Below are positions 9,908 to 19,795 of a DNA stretch of 64,000 nucleotides, one piece after another; the stretch's first letter is position 1; the number at the start of each line of letters is the position of its first letter. The translations under genes and the position numbers were made by a program. The DNA is taken from positions 472,652-536,651 of the forward strand of contig JAFGFJ010000006.1 in assembly GCA_016931155.1 (NCBI GenBank), read 5' to 3'. Source of the stretch: Candidatus Dojkabacteria bacterium (GTDB lineage: Bacteria > Patescibacteriota > Dojkabacteria > B142 > JAFGFJ01). The notes beneath the pieces were generated by a model. That model was not told where the DNA came from and made no database searches. It saw only the letters and a list, made by a program, of their open reading frames with translations.

Positions 9908-11743
9908 TTAGGTAGAGAAATCTCCTAAGGTCGGATCTGCTGTTTCAATGAGATCTTTTGACTTCATTATTATTGAGTCTGTCTGGAGACCTGCATTAAA
10001 AACTGCTCTTTCCTCATCCAGTATTTTTTTGTCAAAATAAGTCTGAATTCCGAGAAGGTTGCCGAAAGGTGGAACTCCTCCGATCATCAGCCCAAAACTT
10101 TCTTTAATTTTCTCGGGTCTTTCAAACTCCAGTTGTTCACCTGTTTGCTCCGCTATGGCCTTCATATCAATTTTCATGTGGCTTGGTATGCAGACCATAT
10201 AGTTTTCTTCTGTCTTTTTTCCTTTTAAAATTATTGCTTTGATTCCTTCTTCCATTTTCGTTCCTCTGATTTTTGAAGAATCTTCAGAAGTAGGGGTCGG
10301 TTCATGAATGAGGTGTTTGAATTCTCTACCTTCTTTTGTAAGCCTTTGTTTAATTGCTTCAACCATTTTTTCTCCTCCAAGTACCGGTTTTATCTTTATC
10401 TTTACTGCGGCAATTCTTTTCATGTCGGAAGGGAAGAGTGTCGCCTCGCGGATATTTTCAAGCCCAAGAAATTGCTTGGTAAATCTCTCCATTCCAAGTC
10501 CAAAGCCACCGTGAGGAGGCATGCCAAATTTAAAAATGCTCAAGTAATCGGTAAAATCCTGCGGATCAAGACCCTTTAGTTTCAGGCTTTCTACAAGCTC
10601 CTCATATTTATCAATTCTTCGACCGCCACTTGTGACTTCCGCTCCGTTACAGAGAAGATCAGCGTAGTCAGTAATTTCTGGATTCTTCTCATTTGGTCTT
10701 GCATAAAAAGCTACCTTCTTCCGGGGGAAATGAGTGACGAAAACAAAATCACAGCCGGCAGTTTCTTTAGCGTATGTTGATAATTCCTTCTCTGCGTCAG
10801 GTGTGAGATCATCTTCTCTCCTGATATCGGTCTTAGTCCTTTTATAAAAAATTTCTTGTGCCTCTTCCAGTGTTATTCTTGGTATTTTTGTAGACTCAGG
10901 GAGGTCTGCTACATTTCCAAAATATTTAAGTTCGCAGGCACATTCTTTCTTTATGGTTTTTACTATATATTTCATTATTTTTTCTTCCCAATCCAGGATT
11001 GTTTCAAGTCCGTCAATGAAGCCCATCTCAAATTCACACTGTGTGGCTTCAGTTATATGTCTCACTGTATTTGACTTCTCGGCTCGATAACACTTCATAA
11101 GAGCGAATGTGCGCTCAAAAACTCCGACCATTACCTGTTTGTAAAGCTGGCTTGACTGGGACAGTTTGGCAGAATGCCCGAAGTAGTCAACGGTAAAAAG
11201 TTCTGCTCCCCCTTCGCTTGAGGCACCGATTATTGTAGGTCCGAAATATTCGGTAAAACCGTTTTGTGTTAAAAATTCTCTGTACGCTTTCAGAAATACT
11301 GCCTGTATTTTGAAAATTGCTATTTCCCTTTCGTTTCGAAGGGCTATTGGTCTGTTCTCAAGGATTGTATCCAGGTTCGCCCGTATTTCTTTTTTATTTA
11401 TTTCAATGGGCGGGACTTCTGTAACTGGAACTTCTATGGTAATTTTAGGATCGACGACTTCAACACCAATCTCTGTTTGGTCGGATTTTTGAACCTTTCC
11501 TTCAACAGTAAGGATTGACCCAGTTTCTAGATCTTTAATTTTTTTAATTTCCTCTTTGTCTGAGACAACTATCTGAATGAACCCGCCTCTATCACGAAGC
11601 ACAAGGAAGTTAATTGTTCCAAGAAGACGAAGTGTGTGGAGCCAGCCTTTGAGTAGTATCTTTTTGCCGACTTGTTTGGTTGCTTCTGATGAGATTGTAC
11701 GTTCTGTTTTTGTCATTGGATGATGATAGTATTTTTCTTTCAT
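9908..11743 (-). CDS. aspS: Archaeal-type aspartate--tRNA ligase fused to a C-terminal YbaK/ProX-type editing domain
   Basis: OB fold (FLVLRDRGGFIQ), SEGGAELF, L.QSSQLYKQ, RAE.S.T.RH..E, FGMPPHGGFGLGMER; the last ~150 aa carry GIKAIIL...GGVPPFG...FNAG (YbaK/INS). Confidence 0.92.
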   Translation of the reverse strand: MKEKYYHHPMTKTERTISSEATKQVGKKILLKGWLHTLRLLGTINFLVLRDRGGFIQIVVSDKEEIKKIKDLETGSILTVEGKVQKSDQTEIGVEVVDPKITIEVPVTEVPPIEINKKEIRANLDTILENRPIALRNEREIAIFKIQAVFLKAYREFLTQNGFTEYFGPTIIGASSEGGAELFTVDYFGHSAKLSQSSQLYKQVMVGVFERTFALMKCYRAEKSNTVRHITEATQCEFEMGFIDGLETILDWEEKIMKYIVKTIKKECACELKYFGNVADLPESTKIPRITLEEAQEIFYKRTKTDIRREDDLTPDAEKELSTYAKETAGCDFVFVTHFPRKKVAFYARPNEKNPEITDYADLLCNGAEVTSGGRRIDKYEELVESLKLKGLDPQDFTDYLSIFKFGMPPHGGFGLGMERFTKQFLGLENIREATLFPSDMKRIAAVKIKIKPVLGGEKMVEAIKQRLTKEGREFKHLIHEPTPTSEDSSKIRGTKMEEGIKAIILKGKKTEENYMVCIPSHMKIDMKAIAEQTGEQLEFERPEKIKESFGLMIGGVPPFGNLLGIQTYFDKKILDEERAVFNAGLQTDSIIMKSKDLIETADPTLGDFST

Positions 11744-11963
11744 TAATCATGATAGCAAAATTTGTAAGAAAAGACCTTTGTATGCCAGAAGAATTTCTGA
11801 TCTTGCAAAGACCTCATTATTAAATAGTATATCTATTATTATTTCTTGATTTCTTGCTTGAAGGTTTTACGAATTTTTGTCTCCAATTACTCTCTTGTCA
11901 ATATTTCTTCAGATTCATCAGTTATTTTCCAGATAGAATAACTGTTTGATTGGATTTTTTCTA

Positions 11964-12998
11964 CTATTCCAATAGTTTGTCTGCAAGTTTTGTTGGTGAG
12001 AAATTTCTCGAGTCTAAACCAAAACTCAAGCGTACAATAAATGTTCCTAGTTGTGGGGTAGATAATCCTAATTGCTTATAGTTTCTTATTGCTTCACTAT
12101 TTGCTCCGCCACTTCCATTTGTGATGTATTTAGTAACAAGTTCTTTTACGTAATCCATATTCATGGCCTTAAATCGGGTATTATCTTCCTCAAGAAGATT
12201 AAGCCAGAGACTGCAAATTGTTTGATTGAGTATTCTGCTTAGAATAGGGTTATTGCATGTTGCGAGGAATTTGTGTTCACTTACTTCATCTCTATAATCT
12301 TTAGCCACGCTTTCTGGATAGGTTTTATAGTACTCAATCATTACTTCATTAATGGTACCTTTTAATAATTGCTCACCTGATGTGGCGATATTATCAATAG
12401 TGAGTTCATTGTCAATAGTCTTGAGGCTGAGAATATCCAAGATCAGAGTGTCGATAAGATCAGAGCAACGAATAGGCAGCTGAACCTCATCCTCGATTTG
12501 GTCAAAAGTGTAATAATTACTCATCAATAAGGCGATACCTCTTTGTATTGTTCTTTTATAGTCAGGTAAATCTAAATCATTTCTTTCAGCGTATTCTACT
12601 AAGCATGCACAGTTGTATCTGTTTCTGATATCAGGGAAGTTGGCTGAAATGGGTTTTATCTCTTCCTTCAATGGTGTGCCTGGGCAAGAGCCTCTTAAAA
12701 CTGAAAAGTAATTATCAATTTGATTTAATGAAATTTCTACTGAATATCCCATTTGTCTGAAACTTTCTTCAAGGATTGTGGCTATCTCAGCGGTGGATTT
12801 ATTTATCAGTCCACTACTCTGCGCAAACTGAGATAAAATAAAGGTGTCGAATGGGGTAACCACAAAATCCTCAGGTGGTGTAAAATTATTTGACTCATAC
12901 ACCAGTCTAATTGTATTTTGATCAGTTCGTGCATTCGGTCCTATGACTAAATCCGCAACTGCTGCTCTTGAAATAATTCCTTCTGCTCTAGTTGGCAT
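11964..12998 (-). CDS. Hypothetical protein
   Basis: 344-aa ORF, no recognised motif. Confidence 0.65.
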   Translation of the reverse strand: MPTRAEGIISRAAVADLVIGPNARTDQNTIRLVYESNNFTPPEDFVVTPFDTFILSQFAQSSGLINKSTAEIATILEESFRQMGYSVEISLNQIDNYFSVLRGSCPGTPLKEEIKPISANFPDIRNRYNCACLVEYAERNDLDLPDYKRTIQRGIALLMSNYYTFDQIEDEVQLPIRCSDLIDTLILDILSLKTIDNELTIDNIATSGEQLLKGTINEVMIEYYKTYPESVAKDYRDEVSEHKFLATCNNPILSRILNQTICSLWLNLLEEDNTRFKAMNMDYVKELVTKYITNGSGGANSEAIRNYKQLGLSTPQLGTFIVRLSFGLDSRNFSPTKLADKLLE

Positions 12999-13143
12999 AA
13001 TTAGATATTCTAAAAGATATGCTGATTATATTGTTCAGTCATTTTTTTATCAACAACACTGTTCTTCTTTAGAACAAGCCTTTGAATTATAGCTTATGTC
13101 TCGGTTATATACAAAACTTTTTTCTATTTTTATTTATTTCCTC

Positions 13144-13200
13144 TTGACAATGTAATTATTTTTATCTAAAGTGGTGACAGGTGGTGAAAAGTGGTGAACA
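13144..13200 (+). promoter_or_regulatory. Sigma70 promoter with three MraZ-type operator repeats
   Basis: TTGACA (13144-49), 17 bp, TAAAGT (13167-72); GTGGTGA repeated three times at 10-bp period (13171, 13181, 13191). Confidence 0.85.
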
Positions 13201-13357
13201 ATGAATTTGCACTCTTAACCGTTTTTTCTCTTAGATTCGTAAGAATTTAAGACCTCACAAACTTCTATTTTACTTCAACATCACGATTCACCACCAAAAG
13301 ATAGTAAACAATAGCTAGAACTGGTTTTTGCTGCCCAATATTTTTTAAAGGACAGCA

Positions 13358-13834
13358 ATGCTAATAGGAGAATACAGAAACAGGCTTGGAGAAAAGAATA
13401 GGTTGGCATTACCGATTAAATTCAGAGAGGAGCTTGGGGACAATATAATCGTAACCCGCGGCTACGAAAGTAGCTTGATTATTGTAGATAAAAAACTTTG
13501 GGAGAATTTGCTTAAAGAATTTGGTGACAGAGCTTTTGCGATGAGTCTTGTTAGGGATACAAGGAGATTTTTGATAGGGGGTGCTTACGAGATAGATCTG
13601 GATAAACAGGGGAGATTTGTTCTTCCTGAGAGTCTGAAAGAGTATGCAGGTGTGAAGGAGGAAGCAGTTTTTGTAGGACTTGAGGATTGGATTGAAGTAT
13701 GGGACTTCGATAAATGGGAGAAGAAACTAAATGAGCTTAAACTTAAGGCAGGAGAAATTGCAGAAAGTATATATAAGGTCAGACCTTTTAGTGAAGCGAG
13801 GTCAAATAATAAAGAGGAGGGAAATGGAAAATAG
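13358..13834 (+). CDS. mraZ: Transcriptional regulator MraZ
   Basis: GEY...L.EKNRLALP..FR, DLDKQGRFVLP, VG..D.IEVW. Confidence 0.96.
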   Translation: MLIGEYRNRLGEKNRLALPIKFREELGDNIIVTRGYESSLIIVDKKLWENLLKEFGDRAFAMSLVRDTRRFLIGGAYEIDLDKQGRFVLPESLKEYAGVKEEAVFVGLEDWIEVWDFDKWEKKLNELKLKAGEIAESIYKVRPFSEARSNNKEEGNGK

Positions 13835-14810
13835 TAAACACGTACCAGTCCTTTTACAACATACACTTGATTTTCTGAAGGTTGAGCCGGGGAAAACTTA
13901 TGTAGATATGACTCTGGGTGGTGGTGGACATTCACGGGAGATTATTAAAAAGCTAAAAGAAAAAGGAAGGCTTATAGCTTTTGATGTCGATAAAAAGGCA
14001 ATTGAAAGATTTAAGAAAGAATTGAGAAATCTAAAATTTAGTGAGAAATATTTCGGAAACAAAAATAAATTGAAGAATCAAGGATTTTGTTACGAAATGT
14101 TCGAGTACATGAAAGACGAGCTAAAGGTTTTTCTGGTAAATATGAACTTTGAAAGGTTGATTGATGCTTTAGCAGAGATTGGAATAAGCGAAGTAGACGG
14201 GATTATTGCTGACCTGGGATTTTCAACAAACCAGTTGGAGGATTCAGGAAAAGGTTTCAGCTTTAAAAGGGAAGAAGAGCTTGATATGAGGATGAATGAT
14301 GGGCTAAGAGTCAAAGCCAGGGATTTGGTTAATCTGCTTGGCGTGAAGCAGTTGGAGTCGATGTTTAAGGAATACGGAGACGAGGTGTATGCGAAAAGAA
14401 TTGCAAAAGAAATAGTAAAGAGGAGAAAAGAAAAAGGAATTGAGACAACATTTGATCTTTTAAAAATCATAAATATTGCTGTTCCGGCAGTAAGAAAACG
14501 AAGAATGCTTCGTAATCTGCTGCCAGCTACCAGGGTTTTTCAAGCACTACGGATTGCAGTGAATCATGAATTTGATTCACTGAACCTCTCACTGCCCCAG
14601 ACGCTTGAGGTATCGGTAGCTGGCAGCAGATTGGTTTTTTTAAGTTTCCACTCAGGAGAAGACAGGATAGTAAAGAACTTCTTCAGAGACCAGGAAAAAT
14701 CAGGAAAATTAAAAATAATAACGAAAAAGCCAATTACTCCTTCTGTTGAGGAATTGCACCTCAATAGAAAATCGAGAAGCGCGAAATTGCGTGCTGCAGA
14801 GATGATGTAG
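13824..14810 (+). CDS. rsmH: 16S rRNA m4C1402 methyltransferase
   Basis: HVPVLL, D.TLGGGGHS, DLGFS..Q, LDMRM, FQALRIAVN, SFHSGEDRIVK, RSAKLR; AGGAGG SD before ATG 13824. Confidence 0.97.
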   Translation: MENSKHVPVLLQHTLDFLKVEPGKTYVDMTLGGGGHSREIIKKLKEKGRLIAFDVDKKAIERFKKELRNLKFSEKYFGNKNKLKNQGFCYEMFEYMKDELKVFLVNMNFERLIDALAEIGISEVDGIIADLGFSTNQLEDSGKGFSFKREEELDMRMNDGLRVKARDLVNLLGVKQLESMFKEYGDEVYAKRIAKEIVKRRKEKGIETTFDLLKIINIAVPAVRKRRMLRNLLPATRVFQALRIAVNHEFDSLNLSLPQTLEVSVAGSRLVFLSFHSGEDRIVKNFFRDQEKSGKLKIITKKPITPSVEELHLNRKSRSAKLRAAEMM

Positions 14811-14843
14811 AGTACTTTAACTATAACTATTGCACTGCCTTAG

Positions 14844-15185
14844 ATGTTCAAGCTAAAAAATAGCGAGCAGAACTTCACAAGTCAAGACAGATTTCAAGGT
14901 CTTCAAAAAAGGCTTGCAATGGTTTTATTTTCTCTTGTATTGTTATTCATTGCTATCCAGTTTCTGGTGCTTGGTGTTATTGGTGTGAGAGGGAACGATC
15001 TTAGTAAACTGCGAACGCAACAGGAACAGCAGAGAATAGAGAATGAAATCCTCCGTGCAGATATAATGGAATCTCAGGTTTCGAGCAAAATTAAATCAGA
15101 GGTTGAATCAAGTTATCTGATGAAAGAAACGAAACTTATGGTTATCGATTCAAAGACTGGCGAGGTTAGTGCACAAACTCCATAA
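14844..15185 (+). CDS. ftsL: Cell division protein FtsL-like
   Basis: Single TM followed by a coiled coil; lies between rsmH and the PBP gene. Confidence 0.7.
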   Translation: MFKLKNSEQNFTSQDRFQGLQKRLAMVLFSLVLLFIAIQFLVLGVIGVRGNDLSKLRTQQEQQRIENEILRADIMESQVSSKIKSEVESSYLMKETKLMVIDSKTGEVSAQTP

Positions 15186-15191
15186 TATCAA

Positions 15192-16982
15192 ATGAAACTT
15201 GAAAAATATCATCAAAGAAAAATCAAATTACTGGGGTCTTTTTTGGTTCTATTTTTTCTTTTGATAGCATTCTTTCTTATCAGATGGCAGGTTGTTGAAA
15301 GTGAGAAATACAAGGCGTATGCCAACCAAAGGATCACTGAAACAATGATCCCATCAATTCGTGGTGCTATCCTTGCGGCTGATGGTTCTACACTGGCTTA
15401 TAGTGAGCCGCGTTTTGACATTTATATTTTCAAAAAAGATATTGAAGAGGCTGAGAAAAAAAAGTTTCAGACCAGGGGAGAATTTATCGAAAAGGTTTCG
15501 TCTATACTTGAAAATAAGGAAAAAGTAGAGCAGGCGTTTCTTGAAAAAGAGACCTGGATAAGAATTGCTGATAAGGTAAGCTATGAAACAAAGGAAGAGC
15601 TTTTTAATCTTCAGCCTGAGTGTTGTAACACTAGAAAACTTCAAGGAATATTTTACGAGCTTTCTACACAAAGGATATATCCTGAAGGGGCACTTGCTCC
15701 GCACGTTCTTGGATTTGTGGGAAAAAGTTATAGCTCAAATGAGCTCGGTCGTGGAGGGATCGAGCAGTTCAGGAATGGGATCTTGAGTCCTCAGGAGGGG
15801 TATGACTTTAGTGAAAGGGACAGCTTTGGAAATATTATTACTCTTTCCGAGTCTGATCCTATCGAGGCGAGGAGAGGAAGTACTCTTATTACAACTATTG
15901 ATAAAACACTTCAACAGAAAGTTGAAGAAAAGCTTGAAGAAGGGGTAAATAGGTATGAAGCAAAAAGCGGTACTGCGATAATAATGGATCCAAAAACAGG
16001 AAAGATTTTAGCTATGGCAAACTATCCGGATTTTGATCCCAATAAATATTATGAAATAGAGGATCAGAGCGTTTTCAGGAACAATGGAATCAGTTCTCCC
16101 TATGAGATGGGATCGGTGATGAAAGCGATTACAATGTCTGCTGGAATTGATTCAGGGAAAATAACTCCGAACACGGTGGTGGTTGAGAGTCATGAGGGAT
16201 GCGAGCACCTTTTAGAAGAAAAAGAGGTCTGTACTTACGATAAAAAGCCACAAGGAAAGCTTACTGCACTCGATGCACTAATAAAGTCTGACAACATTGC
16301 TCTTTATCATACTGCAAAAATGATTGGACAGGACACGTTTTATAAATACTTGAAGAAGTTCGGGATCGGTTCCCCGACAGGTATCGATCTCACAGGTGAG
16401 TCCTATAGTTCCATTCCTGACTCCAGGACGTGGAATCTTGCAGATCTTGCAACCTACTCCTACGGTCACTCATATCAAGTCACTCCGATTCAGACAATAT
16501 CTGCTGTTGGAGCTCTAGCAAACGGCGGGAAACTCATGCAGCCCTATATAGTTCAAAGAATTATTGATCCCTCGGGAGAAGTAAAAGAATTTAACCCTGT
16601 TGTGGTAACTCAGGTTGTGAAGCCAGAAACTGCTGTCATAATGCAGGATATGATGCACGAAGTGTTTAAATCTCAAACAAAGGAAATTCATTATCAGAGA
16701 GCATTTAAGGAATACCGGATTGCCTTGAAATCAGGAACAGCTCTTATTCCTTGTGTTCTTGTGCCTGAGAAAAATTGTTACGGTTATTCAAGTGAATATA
16801 ACGCTACCTACATCGGTTTTGATGCTTCTGATGAAAAAAGTTTTATTATGCTGATCAGGCTTGAAAGACCAAGGCTGGAATCATCAAGTTCGGATCTTTC
16901 TTATTTCAATGCAAGGCATGTGTGGCTTGAAACTTTTGATGCAGTAAAGGATTATATTGGAGTACCAAAAGCAGGAGGATAA
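15192..16982 (+). CDS. ftsI: Class B penicillin-binding protein (FtsI-like)
   Basis: N-terminal TM, RGAI..DG, RIYP.G, GSVMK (SxxK), SDN (SxN), KSGT. Confidence 0.9.
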   Translation: MKLEKYHQRKIKLLGSFLVLFFLLIAFFLIRWQVVESEKYKAYANQRITETMIPSIRGAILAADGSTLAYSEPRFDIYIFKKDIEEAEKKKFQTRGEFIEKVSSILENKEKVEQAFLEKETWIRIADKVSYETKEELFNLQPECCNTRKLQGIFYELSTQRIYPEGALAPHVLGFVGKSYSSNELGRGGIEQFRNGILSPQEGYDFSERDSFGNIITLSESDPIEARRGSTLITTIDKTLQQKVEEKLEEGVNRYEAKSGTAIIMDPKTGKILAMANYPDFDPNKYYEIEDQSVFRNNGISSPYEMGSVMKAITMSAGIDSGKITPNTVVVESHEGCEHLLEEKEVCTYDKKPQGKLTALDALIKSDNIALYHTAKMIGQDTFYKYLKKFGIGSPTGIDLTGESYSSIPDSRTWNLADLATYSYGHSYQVTPIQTISAVGALANGGKLMQPYIVQRIIDPSGEVKEFNPVVVTQVVKPETAVIMQDMMHEVFKSQTKEIHYQRAFKEYRIALKSGTALIPCVLVPEKNCYGYSSEYNATYIGFDASDEKSFIMLIRLERPRLESSSSDLSYFNARHVWLETFDAVKDYIGVPKAGG

Positions 16983-17030
16983 ATATTTATAAATCTGTCA
17001 TAATGGAAGGCGTATATCGTTAGTATCTAT

Positions 17031-17064
17031 GTCCTACCGGGTTTTATTCGAGTAGGACTTTACG
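17031..17064 (+). terminator. Hairpin / possible terminator between ftsI and murA
   Basis: GTCCTAC...GTAGGAC stem followed by TTT. Confidence 0.4.
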
Positions 17065-17084
17065 TTTAAAAAGGGAAAAGGCTT

Positions 17085-18371
17085 ATGTCAAAATATCGAA
17101 TTGTTGGTGGAAATCCTATATCCGGGACAATTATTCCAGCTGGAAATAAAAACTCGGCTCTTCCGATTATTGCTGCGAGTCTACTGACTGATGAGGAGGT
17201 CATACTTACAAATGTACCTGCAATTAGTGATGTTTCAGTTCAACTGAGGCTACTGCGAAAACTTGGTGCTTCTGTTAAGTACAACAGAAAAGAGGGGGAG
17301 GTAATAATAAGGGTAAAGACACTTGTTACGCATAAACTTGATAAGGGTGATGTTTTGAAAACACGTGGTTCAATATTATTCCTGGGTTCCCTTGTCGGTA
17401 GAGCCAAAAAAGCTGAGGTATGGTCTCCTGGTGGATGTAAGCTTGGCAAAAGACCTCTGGATAGCTATTTCATTGCGATGCAGAAGCTGGGAGCAAAAAT
17501 TTTAGTGAGTGACTCATACATTGTTGATGCAAGTAAACTCAGGGGAAGCAGAGTATGGCAAGAGGAGACTGCAGTAACAGGTACGGAAAATCTGATTATG
17601 GCAGGTGTTTTGGCAAAGGGAACAACAATGATTATTAATGCTGCAAGTGAACCTCATGTACAGGATCTGTGCAATTTTCTTAACCAAATGGGAGCTCGAA
17701 TTTCAGGAGTAGGAAGCAATGTATTGAGTATAGAAGGCGTGGAAAAACTCAGTGGTACACAGTTCGAAATTTCTTCGGACTTCATGGAAATTGGAACATT
17801 TATTGCGGCAGCTGTTGTTACAGGCGGAGAAATTAAGATAAAAAAAGCTCTGACTATGCATATGGATCAGATTTTGAGTCAGTATGGAAAACTTGGAGTA
17901 AGAGTTCTGGTAGACAAGAATAAAGATGAAATAATAGTACCCCCTGGACAGAATCTTGTAGTCAGAGATTATATGGATGGCTCAACAAACAAACTGGAAA
18001 CAATGCCTTGGCCTGGTTTTCCCGCAGATCTTTTGCAGTTTGCGATTGTGATTGCTACTCAGGCTAAGGGCAGGATTTTAGTATTTGATAAATTGTATGA
18101 AGGAAGGCTTTTTTATACTTCAGAACTTAATAAAATGGGTGCTGATATATTTTTAAGTGATCCTCACAGACTTGTAGTGTATGGGCCGACAAAACTAAAA
18201 GGAAAAACATTGAAATCGAGTGATATAAGATCCGGGATGTCTCTTCTAATAGCGGCACTTGCTGCGGAAGGAGAAAGTATTCTTGAAAATGGAGAAATAA
18301 TTGAAAGAGGTTATGAACATATTGAGGAGAGATTTAGGGAACTCGGTGCAAGAATAGAGAGAATTGTTTAG
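17085..18371 (+). CDS. murA: UDP-N-acetylglucosamine 1-carboxyvinyltransferase
   Basis: GNKNSALP, PGGC.LG.RP, GTEN, NAA.EP, PWPGFPADL, DIRSG, RGYE. Confidence 0.96.
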   Translation: MSKYRIVGGNPISGTIIPAGNKNSALPIIAASLLTDEEVILTNVPAISDVSVQLRLLRKLGASVKYNRKEGEVIIRVKTLVTHKLDKGDVLKTRGSILFLGSLVGRAKKAEVWSPGGCKLGKRPLDSYFIAMQKLGAKILVSDSYIVDASKLRGSRVWQEETAVTGTENLIMAGVLAKGTTMIINAASEPHVQDLCNFLNQMGARISGVGSNVLSIEGVEKLSGTQFEISSDFMEIGTFIAAAVVTGGEIKIKKALTMHMDQILSQYGKLGVRVLVDKNKDEIIVPPGQNLVVRDYMDGSTNKLETMPWPGFPADLLQFAIVIATQAKGRILVFDKLYEGRLFYTSELNKMGADIFLSDPHRLVVYGPTKLKGKTLKSSDIRSGMSLLIAALAAEGESILENGEIIERGYEHIEERFRELGARIERIV

Positions 18372-18453
18372 ATTTGTTGAACAAGGATATCAGTAGAGTA
18401 ATTTCACGTTTTCAGTTATTATTAGGTATCTGCTTCTCTTATTTGTACTAAAA

Positions 18454-19212
18454 ATGGTCTTTCCTAGAAAAATTCTTAAACTCTATCTATCTTTCCTGTC
18501 AAGACTGGCTATTAAAAAGCACTCAATGGAGCTGATAATAATTGTTGGCTGGCATAGCACCGAGATTGTGAGAGAAGCTATTTATGAAATTTTAAATGAA
18601 AAATTTCTTGTAAGAAGAAATGTTAAGAATCTCTGGTGGGACTTGTCGGTTCCTCTGACTGTCCTGGGATACAAGGATAAAAAAAGGAATATGGCAGGAT
18701 GGTTTATTGTGTGTGTAAGGGCTTTGTTTTATCTCATTGTAGGTCAGAGGAATCCGCATAAAATCATTTTGAATTTGAATACTGTTCACAGTAGTACTGC
18801 AGATTTTTGGACAGAATTTATCAAGCCGGATTTCCTTATTATTGTCAATCAGAAAACAAAAAGCCGTCTTATAGAGAACCTTATCGAAAATACAGAGAAA
18901 AATTCGGGAAAGGTGATTTATGATCCTTTGAAGAGTAAATTCCAGTTCGAGAGAGCTGTTGGTTTCACCTTCGGGGAAGAAAAAAATGTGGATCTAAAAG
19001 TCGTTGAGGGAAAGAATTGTGCAATATACAAATATAAAAATCAAAGTGTTAGGCTTTCCTATTCTATCCTTCCAAAATTCTCTTCACACTTTTTCGCTTC
19101 TGCGTTAAGTCTAGGAGTTAGTTATGGCGTGAGTTTGATAAATGCTTCTTTTGCCGCACTTAAAGTGGATTTCCATTCAAGACTGATCCCTAAGATTATT
19201 TCAAAAATTTAA
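18454..19212 (+). CDS. Degenerate Mur-ligase (MurF-like) central-domain protein lacking the P-loop
   Basis: Resembles CPR-type MurF (IIIVG...REAIY.IL...VRRN.KN....VPLTVLG...IKPDFLIIVN), but GxxGKT reads GWHSTE and there is no C-terminal domain. Confidence 0.6.
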   Translation: MVFPRKILKLYLSFLSRLAIKKHSMELIIIVGWHSTEIVREAIYEILNEKFLVRRNVKNLWWDLSVPLTVLGYKDKKRNMAGWFIVCVRALFYLIVGQRNPHKIILNLNTVHSSTADFWTEFIKPDFLIIVNQKTKSRLIENLIENTEKNSGKVIYDPLKSKFQFERAVGFTFGEEKNVDLKVVEGKNCAIYKYKNQSVRLSYSILPKFSSHFFASALSLGVSYGVSLINASFAALKVDFHSRLIPKIISKI

Positions 19213-19784
19213 TGGATGACTTGAGCGAAAAAGAGCAAATTGCTCTCATAAAAAAAACGAAACTTGACAAGAAATGCTTCGGGAAGATCTACGAGTATTA
19301 CTATCAAAAAGTTCTTGATTTTGCAAAAAAGCGAGTGACAGATATTCATACCGCTGAGGATTTGACAGGAGATATTTTCGAGAAGATTTTTCGTTCTTTC
19401 GGTAACTTCCAATGGCAAGGCATATCTTTATCTGCATGGATATTTAGAATTGCAAGAAATGCTGTTATAGACTTCTATAGAAAAAACAATAAACGAAAAG
19501 GTAATATTTCAATGGAGGATATGCAGGATAAGCTGATTGCGCCGGACAGTGCGATCGAAACAGGTATCCTTGAAGATGAGATACAGGTAATGCTGTACAA
19601 TTCGATACGGGAATTCGGAGATGAGGAGCAGTATTTGATTTATTTTAAATTCTTTGCTGAAATGTCAAATAAAGAGATAGCAGAGGAATCAGGAATGACG
19701 GAGACCAATGTCGGGACAAAATTGCACAGAATAAGAAAGAAATTGAAGAGAATAATGGAAAAAGCTGAGAAAACGGGTCAATAA
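19212..19784 (+). CDS. ECF sigma-70 factor
   Basis: F..IYE.Y, AEDLT.DIF, AWIFRIARNAVID.YRK, region 4 S.KEIA...G....V.T.L.R. Confidence 0.95.
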   Translation: MDDLSEKEQIALIKKTKLDKKCFGKIYEYYYQKVLDFAKKRVTDIHTAEDLTGDIFEKIFRSFGNFQWQGISLSAWIFRIARNAVIDFYRKNNKRKGNISMEDMQDKLIAPDSAIETGILEDEIQVMLYNSIREFGDEEQYLIYFKFFAEMSNKEIAEESGMTETNVGTKLHRIRKKLKRIMEKAEKTGQ

Positions 19785-19795
19785 TTTTTCAAAAT

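Noticed and set aside
13731-13823. N-terminal extension of RsmH (likewise the long tracked starts of hisS, the ABC ATPase, mutS, the HD protein and Fic)
   Set aside because: The upstream starts overlap other genes or lack homology; downstream ATGs match the family N-termini, and rsmH has an SD before 13824.
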